A DNA stretch of 64,000 nucleotides, taken from the sequence record KJ019152.1; one strand, 5' to 3'. The first letter of the stretch is position 1; the number at the start of each line of letters is the position of its first letter. The notes under the pieces are model-generated. The model searched no databases and was not told the origin of the DNA. It worked only from the letters and a program-made list of their open reading frames with translations. The position numbers were made by a program, and so were the translations under genes. Shown here in pieces: positions 1 to 9,143 of the stretch.

Positions 1-1152
1 ATCGGTGGAGACTCTGAGGAGAAGCAGGAGGAGATCATTCAGTCGGATAGTGACTACTCCAAACTATCTGATAAACAACTGATCTACCTACGTGGGCAAA
101 CTATTAAAGATATTGCTAAGTTTTATAACTTCCAGCAAGTTCGTAAAATTACTCTAAACTCCGCTTATGGTGCTTTGGGTAACCAATACTTCAGATACTA
201 CAAACTGGCGAACGCAGAGGCTGTAACCTTCTCTGGTCAGTTGAGTATCCGTTGGATTGAGAATAAGATGAATGGATTCATCAATGAGATTCTAAAAACA
301 GAGGGTAAGGATTATGTGATCGCCTCTGATACTGACTCTATCTACATTAACTTTGGTGATGTGGTAGATAAGTTCTTGAAGAAGTTTGATGGTGATAAGG
401 AGAAGACTGTATCAATGGTAGATAAGATCTGTAAGGATCAACTAGAACCCTTCATTGATAAGTGCTATTCTCAGTTGGGTGAGTATGTGAATGCATACGA
501 ACAGAAGATGCAGATGAAGAGAGAGAATATTGCAGATAGGGGTATATGGACAGCGAAGAAGAGATATATCCTGAACGTGTGGGATAGTGAAGGTGTTCGT
601 TATGAGGAACCTAAACTGAAGATGATGGGTATTGAGGCTGTGAAGTCATCTACACCTGCCCCTTGTAGAACTATGATCAAGGATGCTCTCCGTATTATCA
701 TTGAGAAATCTGAGGATGAAGTCATTGACTACATTGATGATTGTAGGAAGAAGTTCAAACAGATGAAACCAGAGGAGATCGCGTTTCCTCGTTCCGTTAG
801 TGATATGATCAAGTTTCGTTCTGGGACAACAATATATGCTAAGAGTACTCCTATGCATGTGAGGGGGGCGTTACTATTCAATCATCACATTAAGAAGGGT
901 GGGTTGGAGAACAAGTATTCTCTCATCAATAGTGGTGAGAAGATCAAGTTCTGCTACCTCAAGATTCCTAATCTAATTGGTGAGAATGTTATCTCATTCA
1001 TCTCCGACTTTCCTAGGGAACTTAAGTTGGAGAAGTATGTTGATTATGATACCCAATTCAATAAAGCATTCCTAGATCCACTCAAGATCATCTTGGATGC
1101 TATTGGTTGGAACTGTGAAAAGCAGATGTCCTTGGAGTCATTTTTTACCTGA
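1..1152 (+). CDS. gp43: DNA polymerase, family B (T4 gp43-like), 5' end outside window
   Basis: Frame 1 is open from base 1. It contains KITLNSAYGALGN (motif B), YxDTDS (as ASDTDS) and KKRY. Confidence 0.97.
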   Translation: MGGDSEEKQEEIIQSDSDYSKLSDKQLIYLRGQTIKDIAKFYNFQQVRKITLNSAYGALGNQYFRYYKLANAEAVTFSGQLSIRWIENKMNGFINEILKTEGKDYVIASDTDSIYINFGDVVDKFLKKFDGDKEKTVSMVDKICKDQLEPFIDKCYSQLGEYVNAYEQKMQMKRENIADRGIWTAKKRYILNVWDSEGVRYEEPKLKMMGIEAVKSSTPAPCRTMIKDALRIIIEKSEDEVIDYIDDCRKKFKQMKPEEIAFPRSVSDMIKFRSGTTIYAKSTPMHVRGALLFNHHIKKGGLENKYSLINSGEKIKFCYLKIPNLIGENVISFISDFPRELKLEKYVDYDTQFNKAFLDPLKIILDAIGWNCEKQMSLESFFT

Positions 1153-1180
1153 TATATAAAACCCCCAGAGGAGATCACCA

Positions 1181-1339
1181 ATGGAAAAACAAAATCTAGC
1201 GATGGATCTATTCATCGAGTCTGTAATCAAACCAGACAGTGACCTTAGGGGTCAAGCATCAGAACAGGGTTGTCTAGAAGAACTATTGCAAATCCGTGAT
1301 GATGTGATAAAATATCTTTATAACGAGAGGAAAAACTAG
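1181..1339 (+). CDS. small hypothetical protein (52 aa)
   Basis: Hand-read ORF MEKQNLAMDLFIESVIKPDS..., preceded by GAGGAG. Confidence 0.7.
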   Translation: MEKQNLAMDLFIESVIKPDSDLRGQASEQGCLEELLQIRDDVIKYLYNERKN

Positions 1340-1342
1340 TTT

Positions 1343-1576
1343 ATGGCGTTATCCCAATCAGTGGAGAATTCCCTCAGGGAGGCAAGTTCGTCCCTGAGGA
1401 ATGCTCTAGCTTTTGCTGCCAGACAGGAGAGATCACATACCTGTCAGCATATTGCTAAAGTATTAAACGATATTGATCTTATTCAGAGAACGGATGAGAT
1501 GTTTGATACCCTTGATAGTATCAAGGATGGTAAGGGTGGTAGCAACCCATTTGGTAAATTTGGTTTTGATGAATAA
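1343..1576 (+). CDS. conserved cyanophage hypothetical protein
   Basis: 77-aa ORF whose stop overlaps the uvsX start. Confidence 0.75.
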   Translation: MALSQSVENSLREASSSLRNALAFAARQERSHTCQHIAKVLNDIDLIQRTDEMFDTLDSIKDGKGGSNPFGKFGFDE

Positions 1577-2583
1577 TGGATTTCTTAAAGGATATTGTAA
1601 ATGAAATTGGTGGCGACTTCACTCAGATTGCCTCAGAGATTGAAGAAAACGAAACATACGTGGACACTGGTTCGTTCATCTTTAATGCTCTTGTATCTGG
1701 GTCTATCTATGGTGGTGTATCTGGTAACAAGATTACTGCAATTGCTGGGGAAAGTTCTACTGGAAAGACTTTCTTCTCACTCGCCGTGGTCAAGAACTTC
1801 TTGGATACTAATCCCGATGCATATTGCCTTTATTTTGATACTGAAGCTGCAATCAATAGAAACCTTCTTGAGTCACGAGGTATTGACCTTAAGCGGTTGG
1901 TTGTCGTCAATGTCGTTACAGTAGAAGAGTTTAGGATGAAGGCACTTAAGTGTGTCGATATCTACCAGAAGAAACCAGAAGACGAACGCAAACCTTGTAT
2001 GTTTGTCCTAGATTCTCTGGGTATGTTGTCTACAGAGAAAGAGATCAATGATGCTCTGAATGACAAGAACGTTCGTGATATGACTAAATCACAACTCATC
2101 AAGGGGGCGTTCAGGATGTTGACCTTGAAACTAGGTCAGGCTAAGATACCAATGATTGTTACTAACCATACCTATGATGTGATTGGTGCCTATGTTCCTA
2201 CTAAGGAAATGGGTGGTGGTTCAGGTCTTAAGTATGCCGCCTCTACTATTATTCACCTCACTAAGAAGAAAGAGAAAGACGGTAAGGATGTTATTGGTAA
2301 CATTATCAAGTGTAAGACTGCTAAGTCCAGACTCTCCAAAGAGAATACAGACGTAGGTGTTAGACTATTCTATGATGAACGGGGTTTGGATAAGTACTAT
2401 GGTCTCCTAGAACTTGGTGAGCTTGGTGGTATGTGGAAGAATGTAGCTGGTCGTTATGACTTGGGTGATGGTAAGAAGATCTACGCTAAAGAGATACTAA
2501 AGGATCCAGAGAAGTACTTCACCGAAGAAGTTATGGAGAAACTGGATGTTGTTGCTAGGGGAACATTCTCATATGGGTCATAA
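1576..2583 (+). CDS. uvsX: RecA-like recombinase UvsX
   Basis: Walker A AGESSTGKT and Walker B FVLDS; lies in T4 order between gp43 and gp41. Confidence 0.95.
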   Translation: MDFLKDIVNEIGGDFTQIASEIEENETYVDTGSFIFNALVSGSIYGGVSGNKITAIAGESSTGKTFFSLAVVKNFLDTNPDAYCLYFDTEAAINRNLLESRGIDLKRLVVVNVVTVEEFRMKALKCVDIYQKKPEDERKPCMFVLDSLGMLSTEKEINDALNDKNVRDMTKSQLIKGAFRMLTLKLGQAKIPMIVTNHTYDVIGAYVPTKEMGGGSGLKYAASTIIHLTKKKEKDGKDVIGNIIKCKTAKSRLSKENTDVGVRLFYDERGLDKYYGLLELGELGGMWKNVAGRYDLGDGKKIYAKEILKDPEKYFTEEVMEKLDVVARGTFSYGS

Positions 2584-2588
2584 ACAAT

Positions 2589-3119
2589 ATGAGTGAGTAT
2601 ATCAAACACTATAGGGGAGTTCTAACAGATACATCTTGTGATGTTCTGATAGATGCTCTTCTGAGTGTAGATAGAAAGCATATAAAGGAACACCGAACAG
2701 ATCGTAAAACATTTGATCAGGTGTTTCTTAATGCTGCAAATATGGATCTGATTCCAGGTATTACTAAAATAGTTGGTAATGTAATCAAACAATACAAGAT
2801 GGATGTTCCATACTTCACACAGTTCTTTCCCAAGGGACTGGAGATTGAAACACCAAAGGTCAAAGGTTACAGTCCTGGGGGACAATTCAAACCACATTGT
2901 GATGTAGATGCTACTTCCTGTCCAAGGTATCTTGCCTTTCTATTTTATCTTAATGATAATTTTACAGGTGGACAAACAGAGTTCTTACCTGGTATAATGG
3001 TGGAACCTGTGAAAGGTTCAGTGGTGGTATTTCCACCCAACTGGCAACACCCTCATTGTGGATTACCAGTGGAGACTGGTAACAAATATATTATGTCAAC
3101 TTATCTAAGATACGTTTAA
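2589..3119 (+). CDS. 2OG-Fe(II) oxygenase
   Basis: HxD (PHCD), FLFYLND, GGQTEF, distal H (HPHCG) and K-x-x-x-S. Confidence 0.88.
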   Translation: MSEYIKHYRGVLTDTSCDVLIDALLSVDRKHIKEHRTDRKTFDQVFLNAANMDLIPGITKIVGNVIKQYKMDVPYFTQFFPKGLEIETPKVKGYSPGGQFKPHCDVDATSCPRYLAFLFYLNDNFTGGQTEFLPGIMVEPVKGSVVVFPPNWQHPHCGLPVETGNKYIMSTYLRYV

Positions 3120-4489
3120 TGGATCGAATTGAGAATTTAATACTAAGATCACTCTCACATAGTGAAGGGTTTTCTAGGAAGGTTATCCCCTTCATCAAAC
3201 CAGATTATTTCCATGATAATGCTGAGAAAGTTCTCTTCGAAGAAATTGCACAATACATTGTCAAGTACAACTCCAATGTTACTGTACAGGCTCTAAGTAT
3301 TGAGGTGGAACAGAGAACCGATTTATCTGATAGTGACGTCAAAACTATCAGAACCATCCTAGATGACTTTGATGCAGTCACAGGAACTGATGAGTGGATG
3401 ATTGATTCCACTGAGAAGTGGTGTAAGAAACAGGCAATTTACAACGCTCTTATGGAGTCTGTGAGTATTGCCAATGGAGATAGTCAGACTAAGGCTGAAG
3501 ACGCTATCCCCAGTATCCTCTCAGAGGCTCTGGGTGTATCCTTTGATAGTAATGTAGGTCACGACTATATCGAGAATGCAGAGGATAGGTGGGAGTACTA
3601 TCACCAGAAGGAAGATAAGATTCCCTTCGATATTGATCTACTCAATGCGATTACTAAAGGTGGATTACCTAACAAGACACTGAATATCGCACTCGCTGGT
3701 ACTGGTGTCGGTAAGTCACTCTTTATGTGTCACGTAGCAGCCTCTAGTTTAATGCAGGGTAAGAATGTTCTATACATCACTGCTGAGATGGCAGAAGAGA
3801 AGATTGCAGAACGTATTGACTCCAACCTACTCAATGTGAATATCAAGGATCTATCTGAACTACCTAAACAGATGTTTGAGAAGAAGATTGATTCAGTAGC
3901 TAAGAAGACACAAGGTTCTTTAGTTATCAAGGAATATCCCACAGCTTCTGCACACTCAGGACACTTCAAGTCTCTACTTAACGAACTAAAACTCAAGAAG
4001 AACTTCACACCAGATATTATCTTTATTGATTATCTCAATATCTGTGCTTCCTCTCGTATCAGAGCTGGTGCTAACGCTAACTCCTACACACTAGTGAAGA
4101 GTATCGCAGAAGAGATTCGTGGTCTAGCGGTAGAGTTCAACGTTCCTATCGTGAGTGCTACTCAGACGACCCGTAGTGGGTATGGAAACAGTGACGTGGG
4201 TATCACAGATACCTCTGAGTCTTTCGGTCTTCCTGCAACCGCTGACCTTATGATTGCTCTCATCTCCACTGAGGAGTTGGAGGGACTGAATCAGATTATG
4301 GTTAAACAACTCAAGAACAGATACAATGATCCCACCATCCACAAGCGTTTTGTTGTCGGTATTGACAGAGCTAAGATGCGGTTGTATGACTGTGAGCAGG
4401 CAGCTCAGGATGATATTCTGGATTCTGGTGATACAGAAACCCAGGAAGGTTCTTCTCTCAAGGATAAGTTGGCAAAACTGAGTTTCTAG
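3119..4489 (+). CDS. gp41: replicative DNA helicase
   Basis: AGTGVGKS, IFIDYLN, SATQTTRSG and KQLKNRY motifs. Confidence 0.97.
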   Translation: MDRIENLILRSLSHSEGFSRKVIPFIKPDYFHDNAEKVLFEEIAQYIVKYNSNVTVQALSIEVEQRTDLSDSDVKTIRTILDDFDAVTGTDEWMIDSTEKWCKKQAIYNALMESVSIANGDSQTKAEDAIPSILSEALGVSFDSNVGHDYIENAEDRWEYYHQKEDKIPFDIDLLNAITKGGLPNKTLNIALAGTGVGKSLFMCHVAASSLMQGKNVLYITAEMAEEKIAERIDSNLLNVNIKDLSELPKQMFEKKIDSVAKKTQGSLVIKEYPTASAHSGHFKSLLNELKLKKNFTPDIIFIDYLNICASSRIRAGANANSYTLVKSIAEEIRGLAVEFNVPIVSATQTTRSGYGNSDVGITDTSESFGLPATADLMIALISTEELEGLNQIMVKQLKNRYNDPTIHKRFVVGIDRAKMRLYDCEQAAQDDILDSGDTETQEGSSLKDKLAKLSF

Positions 4490-4497
4490 TGTATAAT
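4469..4497 (+). promoter_or_regulatory. sigma70-type (early) promoter
   Basis: TTGGCA-17 nt-TATAAT. Confidence 0.75.
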
Positions 4498-4498
4498 G

Positions 4499-4575
4499 GT
4501 TATGTTGGGAAGAAACCCCAACCTCCTTTGTGATGTGGTGTTTGTTGGGGAAGGGGTGGTTCCCTTCCCTTTTTT
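4499..4575 (+). ncRNA. candidate small RNA or attenuator leader upstream of mazG
   Basis: Follows the promoter. It has a hairpin GTTGGG/CCCAAC and ends in an 8-bp GGGAAGGG/CCCTTCCC stem plus T6. Confidence 0.5.
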
Positions 4576-4599
4576 ATTGTTTATTGGTATTCAATTATT

Positions 4600-5004
4600 A
4601 TGAGCGTAGATTTTTCTAAGTACGGTGAGTTTGTAGACACAGTAACTAGTGCCCCCTCCAAGGGAACTGGTGAGATGATCGCAGTACTCAAGGACCTTAA
4701 GCTTCGTGGAGCACAACCCGAAAGACTTCTTACTGGTGCAGTTGGTATCTGTGCTGAGGGTGGTGAGTTCATGGAAGTGGTCAAGAAGATGGTATTCCAA
4801 GGCAAACCCTATGACCAAGATAATGTCTGGCATATGAAGCGTGAGTTGGGTGATATTATGTTCTATGTACAAACAGCGTGTATCGCTCTAGGTACCTCTG
4901 TTGATGAGATTGTAGAGATGAATGTGGAGAAACTAGAAGCACGATATCCAGGTGGTCAATTTAGTGTAGAGAATAGTGAGAACCGAGTAGAGGGTGACTT
5001 ATGA
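4600..5004 (+). CDS. mazG: MazG-family nucleoside triphosphate pyrophosphohydrolase
   Basis: EGGEFMEVVKK and ELGDIMFY motifs, plus NVEKLEARYP. Confidence 0.92.
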   Translation: MSVDFSKYGEFVDTVTSAPSKGTGEMIAVLKDLKLRGAQPERLLTGAVGICAEGGEFMEVVKKMVFQGKPYDQDNVWHMKRELGDIMFYVQTACIALGTSVDEIVEMNVEKLEARYPGGQFSVENSENRVEGDL

Positions 5005-5123
5005 TTGCATCTGATACACATAATGAACCCACTGAGTTAATCAGACAAATCAATGAGTCAGTGGAACGCGCTAGATTGAAGGCACAGGACGACGAACTAA
5101 ACTATGAAACAGGAGGTAAATGA
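5001..5123 (+). CDS. small hypothetical protein (40 aa)
   Basis: Hand-read ORF with ATGA overlaps to both neighbours. Confidence 0.55.
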   Translation: MIASDTHNEPTELIRQINESVERARLKAQDDELNYETGGK

Positions 5124-5428
5124 TGGACAAACCAATTACAGTTGAGGAATACCAAGAGGCTGGTAAAGAGTTCTGGCCAAAGTATTGGTATGTTGCTAAA
5201 GAACTTGGTGAAAACGCTAAGACTGAAGATGTCCTACATGTTATGGAGTCTCTTGCTGGTGTTGTTATGGTCAACAGAAGCAATGAAAAGAAAGAATACT
5301 CTGGTATGATTGGGTTCAATAAGTCCCTAGAAGACAACCCATTGGCTTCTGCTACATACCACGGACAACCAGTTACAGAGTGTCCCCCAGGGACTATCTA
5401 CTGTAACGGTGAATGTTGTGATCTATGA
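5120..5428 (+). CDS. conserved cyanophage hypothetical protein
   Basis: 102-aa ORF with AGGAGG ribosome-binding site. Confidence 0.75.
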   Translation: MMDKPITVEEYQEAGKEFWPKYWYVAKELGENAKTEDVLHVMESLAGVVMVNRSNEKKEYSGMIGFNKSLEDNPLASATYHGQPVTECPPGTIYCNGECCDL

Positions 5429-5436
5429 GGTAAATT

Positions 5437-5571
5437 ATGGCTAAAAGAACCTATACTACAAAGTCTGGAGATGTGTTTGAGTGGGAAGAGACCCCTGAAA
5501 CTACTGCAGCACTCAAAGCTCTCCACAGACAAGTGGCAGAGACAAAACAGAAGCTTGACAGCACCAAGTGA
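5437..5571 (+). CDS. small hypothetical protein (44 aa)
   Basis: Hand-read ORF MAKRTYTTKSGDVFEWEET..., with GAGG ribosome-binding site. Confidence 0.6.
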   Translation: MAKRTYTTKSGDVFEWEETPETTAALKALHRQVAETKQKLDSTK

Positions 5572-5583
5572 GTCTGTTATAAT
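5555..5583 (+). promoter_or_regulatory. consensus sigma70 promoter for the ncRNA/tRNA cluster
   Basis: Perfect TTGACA-17 nt-TATAAT. Confidence 0.9.
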
Positions 5584-5588
5584 ATGAG

Positions 5589-5659
5589 AGTTGGGAAGGA
5601 AACCCCCCAACTGCGGTGACCCCCTTGGTAGTTCAGGGTTAGCGGCGATAGGAACTACC
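5589..5659 (+). ncRNA. unnamed structured RNA 5' of tRNA-Arg
   Basis: Stems AGTTGGG/CCCAACT and GGTAGTTC/GAACTACC; possible pseudoknot ACCC/GGGT. Confidence 0.55.
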
Positions 5660-5663
5660 ACAA

Positions 5664-5737
5664 GGGTCAGTAGCTCAGATGGATAGAGCAATTCACTTCT
5701 AATGAATTGGTCGGGGGTTCGAGTCCCTCCTGACCCG
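5664..5737 (+). tRNA. tRNA-Arg(TCT)
   Basis: Cloverleaf with acceptor GGGTCAG/CTGACCC, anticodon arm ATTCA-CTTCTAA-TGAAT and T loop GTTCGAG. No encoded CCA. Confidence 0.95.
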
Positions 5738-5758
5738 TTGGGGTCTAATTAACCCCAT

Positions 5759-5948
5759 AGGATGTGACAGAATGAACCGTTTGGTTAATACCGGTCATTG
5801 TATAGTAGGGAAGGCTGTGGTGGCCGCCAGAAAGACTAGGAGACTAGAGTTCTGAGAACCCATACCAGGGTCCCGAAAGTTCAGAGGTATTACTATTCTT
5901 AGTATGACCCCTCTGTTGGAGGTAAAAAGATAATCCTCCCATCCACCC
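5759..5948 (+). ncRNA. large structured RNA, probably the manA RNA motif class
   Basis: Non-coding and lies between two tRNAs. Stems include GGATG/CATCC (closing), AATGA-ACCG/CGG-TCATT, CTAG-GAGA-CTAG, CAGAGG/CCTCTG and GGAGG/CCTCC, with a possible GGTGG/CCACC pseudoknot. The manA name is from recollection, not a search. Confidence 0.6.
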
Positions 5949-5950
5949 AA

Positions 5951-6022
5951 TCCACAATAGCTCAGCGGTAGAGTCGGCGACTGTTAATCGCCTTGTCCCT
6001 GGTTCGAATCCAGGTTGTGGAG
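5951..6022 (+). tRNA. tRNA-Asn(GTT)
   Basis: Acceptor TCCACAA/TTGTGGA, anticodon arm GGCGA-CTGTTAA-TCGCC and T loop GTTCGAA. Confidence 0.95.
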
Positions 6023-6040
6023 TTCTTTATTATCTTTGAT

Positions 6041-6757
6041 ATGGATGTATCCAATCCTGATAACTGGTATATTGGTAGATTTTGTGAATCTAACTTCCTA
6101 GATCAAACAGCACTCTCCTCAGTGAGGTCATGGATTGATACTCAATCATGGGTAGATGGAGTTTTAACTTTGGACTACTCTAAAGATAAGGATCCATATC
6201 AACTGAAAAGAAATCAGGCAACGAGAAATATAATCCCACCCAGACTATTTTGGCCACATGTTGATAAGAACGAAAAGTTCGCTCGGTTCACCTGTCCCCG
6301 ATCAAGTACCGATCCAAACTGCACAAAAACATCTAAGGGTGAATACTACAAACCACACTTTGATGATGTAGTTAATGGGCACTTCTCAACTACGATCTTT
6401 ATCAGTGATCCTGATGAATATGATGGTGGTGAGTTAGTTCTGTATATTGACGGGAAGGAAGTATTCTTCAAACCAAAAGCAGGTGAAGGTGTAACTTATG
6501 AGACTGGTATTGGTCATAGAGTCAATACAGTCACAAGGGGTGAGAGATTGGCATTTGTATTCTGGACAGATTGTCGATGGGATGATATTGATGATTATCG
6601 TGATTGGCGTTATTATAACTATATGAAAGACTACCTAATGACAACTCCTTATGTTGATACCTTATATGAGTTTTGTAACGAACCCCATACTATATTCAAA
6701 GGGAAATCATATGATATTATGAGAAAGGTTATGAGGAAAGTTATTCCTAATGGTTGA
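6041..6757 (+). CDS. PKHD-type 2OG-Fe(II) hydroxylase
   Basis: YKPHFD, FISDPDEYDGGEL and HRVNTVTRGER. Start moved to ATG 6041 because the track start lies inside the tRNA. Confidence 0.88.
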   Translation: MDVSNPDNWYIGRFCESNFLDQTALSSVRSWIDTQSWVDGVLTLDYSKDKDPYQLKRNQATRNIIPPRLFWPHVDKNEKFARFTCPRSSTDPNCTKTSKGEYYKPHFDDVVNGHFSTTIFISDPDEYDGGELVLYIDGKEVFFKPKAGEGVTYETGIGHRVNTVTRGERLAFVFWTDCRWDDIDDYRDWRYYNYMKDYLMTTPYVDTLYEFCNEPHTIFKGKSYDIMRKVMRKVIPNG

Positions 6758-7283
6758 ATCATTTTACGGAGAAATACTCAACTCGGATGCTACTGGGCAT
6801 CTGTATTCGTATGCCCAAAGTATTCAAGACTGGCAAACCATAAAGCAAGACTATATGGGTAAGAACTATCAGTCTGTTATGGCTCATAAAGTTCCAAAGG
6901 GAAATGAAATTGAGAAGTATGTTGTTAGAACTTTCCTCACATTCAATAAGTTATATTTCAATTACGATCTAGTAGGAACATTTGAAACACAGATTCTAAA
7001 GTATAATGTTCATGATGGATATGATTGGCATTGTGACTATGGTGTGAGTGAGAATCCCAATGCGATAAGAAAACTGAGTATGATTATTCAACTCAGTGAT
7101 ATGTGGGACTACAACGGTGCAAATGTATTCCTAAGGGACTGGCACAACCGAGAACACATCCTAAGTAAGGAATCTGGGTATGTTACCGTATTCGACTCTA
7201 GGTCCCCTCACAGGGTATCTCCCCTAGCTATCGGAGAACGATACTCACTGGTAGCCTGGGCTCACGGTCCAGAGTGGAGATAA
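6750..7283 (+). CDS. 2OG-Fe(II) oxygenase
   Basis: YDWHCD, RKLSMIIQLSD and HRVSPL..GERYSLVAW. Confidence 0.88.
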   Translation: MVESFYGEILNSDATGHLYSYAQSIQDWQTIKQDYMGKNYQSVMAHKVPKGNEIEKYVVRTFLTFNKLYFNYDLVGTFETQILKYNVHDGYDWHCDYGVSENPNAIRKLSMIIQLSDMWDYNGANVFLRDWHNREHILSKESGYVTVFDSRSPHRVSPLAIGERYSLVAWAHGPEWR

Positions 7284-7308
7284 ATAAAATACAAAGAAAT
7301 GGAAACAT

Positions 7309-7623
7309 ATGCTTTCTACACAATATCGTCTTCGCCTTGAGGCTATCTGCCGAAAGATTGCGAATAGTGAATCTGTGGATTTGAGTGACATGATCTGGGC
7401 AGACAAGTTGGCAAAGAGCCATACTACTGCTAGAGACTGGTTACAGCAGGCAAGAAGACAATCAGCCCATCAAATTGAAGAAGGTACCATAGATGATTTT
7501 ATGAATCGGATGAATTTAGGGAACCCTGATCCATCCGATCATAAAACTGGGTTCGATAGTGCCGATGACATCAAAGATTGGTTTCGGCAAGATAAGTCCA
7601 AAGACTGGAGACAAAGAGACTAA
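7309..7623 (+). CDS. conserved cyanophage hypothetical protein
   Basis: 104-aa ORF MLSTQYRLRLEAIC..., preceded by ATAAATA. Confidence 0.8.
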   Translation: MLSTQYRLRLEAICRKIANSESVDLSDMIWADKLAKSHTTARDWLQQARRQSAHQIEEGTIDDFMNRMNLGNPDPSDHKTGFDSADDIKDWFRQDKSKDWRQRD

Positions 7624-7625
7624 CT

Positions 7626-7805
7626 ATGGCTAATAAAAACGACAAAGGCAATCACCCAAGAGAAGAGGGTTGGTTCACCGAAAAGTTGAAGAGAAGACTC
7701 AGGAATGATCTCATACATCCTGAACATCTAGTTCCCATTCTTATTGAAGAGAATGAGGCACTTAGAGCAGAGATTGCAACACTAAAAGCAATGCATAAAT
7801 GGTAA
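7626..7805 (+). CDS. small hypothetical protein (59 aa)
   Basis: Hand-read ORF MANKNDKGNHPREEGWF... that fills the gap between neighbours. Confidence 0.6.
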   Translation: MANKNDKGNHPREEGWFTEKLKRRLRNDLIHPEHLVPILIEENEALRAEIATLKAMHKW

Positions 7806-7806
7806 A

Positions 7807-9108
7807 ATGGCAGCATTAAGTTCCACTTCCCCAGGACAACTAGGTAAGTATGTCATCCCCACAGTCCAGAAACTAAATGATGCGATGAAACGCAGAACTA
7901 GTCTTGGTAGGGGGAGTGGTAAGTCTTATACCATTAAGAATACCCCTGCGAATGTGGCAGCTATCAAGGAGTTCTCTCGTATTGGTAGCTCCCCCAAGTC
8001 ACAGAAAGAAGCACTTGCTATTAGTCTGCAGACCACTGATACTAAAGTTCCTACTATTACTATCGGCAGTATTGATAAACCTAATATCAAATACAACCTT
8101 GGAGATATGTCTGAGGCTGTAGTTGGTGCTGCTATTGCTGCCAGGTTTATCTACAAGAATAGAAGTATTACGACTTCAAATGTTTATGGTGTTCTATATG
8201 GAATGCCACCATCATCTAACTACCCAGGGAAGAAGGGAAAATATACAGAGAAGACATTCCAGTCAGTTAATGAAAATAAGAAGGTTACAGATCAAGTTAA
8301 GGTGTATATCTCCTTAGCTGAGGTTAATATGGCTGCTGTGATGGATAGATCCAATAAGGATCTTATTCTTCCTTATGTTCGTTCTGCAGTCAGATATGCC
8401 AATAGTACTACTGTTAAGAAGTGGTCCAAACTACTTTATGAGAACAATAGATCAGATAAGATTGATGTAATGTCCGATGGTCTTGGAGGACAAACCACAA
8501 CTAAAGTGGATGTATATGTAAAAGTTAATGATGAGAAAGTAAATATTAATGTGTCACTGAAGGCTGGTGATGTCAAACAGTTTGGTCAGGTCTCTGGTAT
8601 TGAGTTTGAGAAACAAACTAAACTATGGGAAACCTCCTTTGGTTTTGGTAGTGAGATTAAGAGTCTAGAGTCAAAGTATAACCAGTTGATCTCAGATAAA
8701 TCAACAGTCCCACAGGCTGTAACTATGGTGTATCAAGAGGTGGCTAACCTTTTTAATCAAGGTATTAAGAGAGGTGATGCTGGTATGATAAGGAAATTTG
8801 CCAACTCCATTAAGTATTTTGCTACACTAAATGAAGACAATGTAACCCTACTACAGGTGGGTAATGATGCAGCAAAGCTCTATTCGTTTGATGATATATA
8901 CCAAGGAATAGAAAACATGCAACTGAACGCTTCTATTACTATGGGTAAGAGTGGTCTCCCAACCTTACTAATAAACGAGACTGCTAGTGGGCAACCTCTT
9001 ATTCAGTATCGAGTGAAGCAGGAGTTCAAACCCGATGGGTCTCCATACATCAGAAACTATGTGGAGAAGCAGACTGTTCTAGGAAAACTTATTGGTGAAA
9101 ACCTCTAG
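7807..9108 (+). CDS. hypothetical protein, possible PD-(D/E)xK nuclease fold
   Basis: 433 aa. GDMSEA helix, KVDVYV and VSLKAG are spaced like E...D...(S)xK motifs. Confidence 0.55.
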   Translation: MAALSSTSPGQLGKYVIPTVQKLNDAMKRRTSLGRGSGKSYTIKNTPANVAAIKEFSRIGSSPKSQKEALAISLQTTDTKVPTITIGSIDKPNIKYNLGDMSEAVVGAAIAARFIYKNRSITTSNVYGVLYGMPPSSNYPGKKGKYTEKTFQSVNENKKVTDQVKVYISLAEVNMAAVMDRSNKDLILPYVRSAVRYANSTTVKKWSKLLYENNRSDKIDVMSDGLGGQTTTKVDVYVKVNDEKVNINVSLKAGDVKQFGQVSGIEFEKQTKLWETSFGFGSEIKSLESKYNQLISDKSTVPQAVTMVYQEVANLFNQGIKRGDAGMIRKFANSIKYFATLNEDNVTLLQVGNDAAKLYSFDDIYQGIENMQLNASITMGKSGLPTLLINETASGQPLIQYRVKQEFKPDGSPYIRNYVEKQTVLGKLIGENL

Positions 9109-9120
9109 GTGTGTTATAAT
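9092..9120 (+). promoter_or_regulatory. sigma70-type promoter for the methyltransferase operon
   Basis: TTGGTG-17 nt-TATAAT with extended -10 TGTG. Confidence 0.6.
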
Positions 9121-9143
9121 ACCATTGTAGAGATTTCTATTTT

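Noticed and set aside
5993-6040. Track start of the PKHD hydroxylase
   Set aside because: It lies inside tRNA-Asn; ATG 6041 is more plausible.
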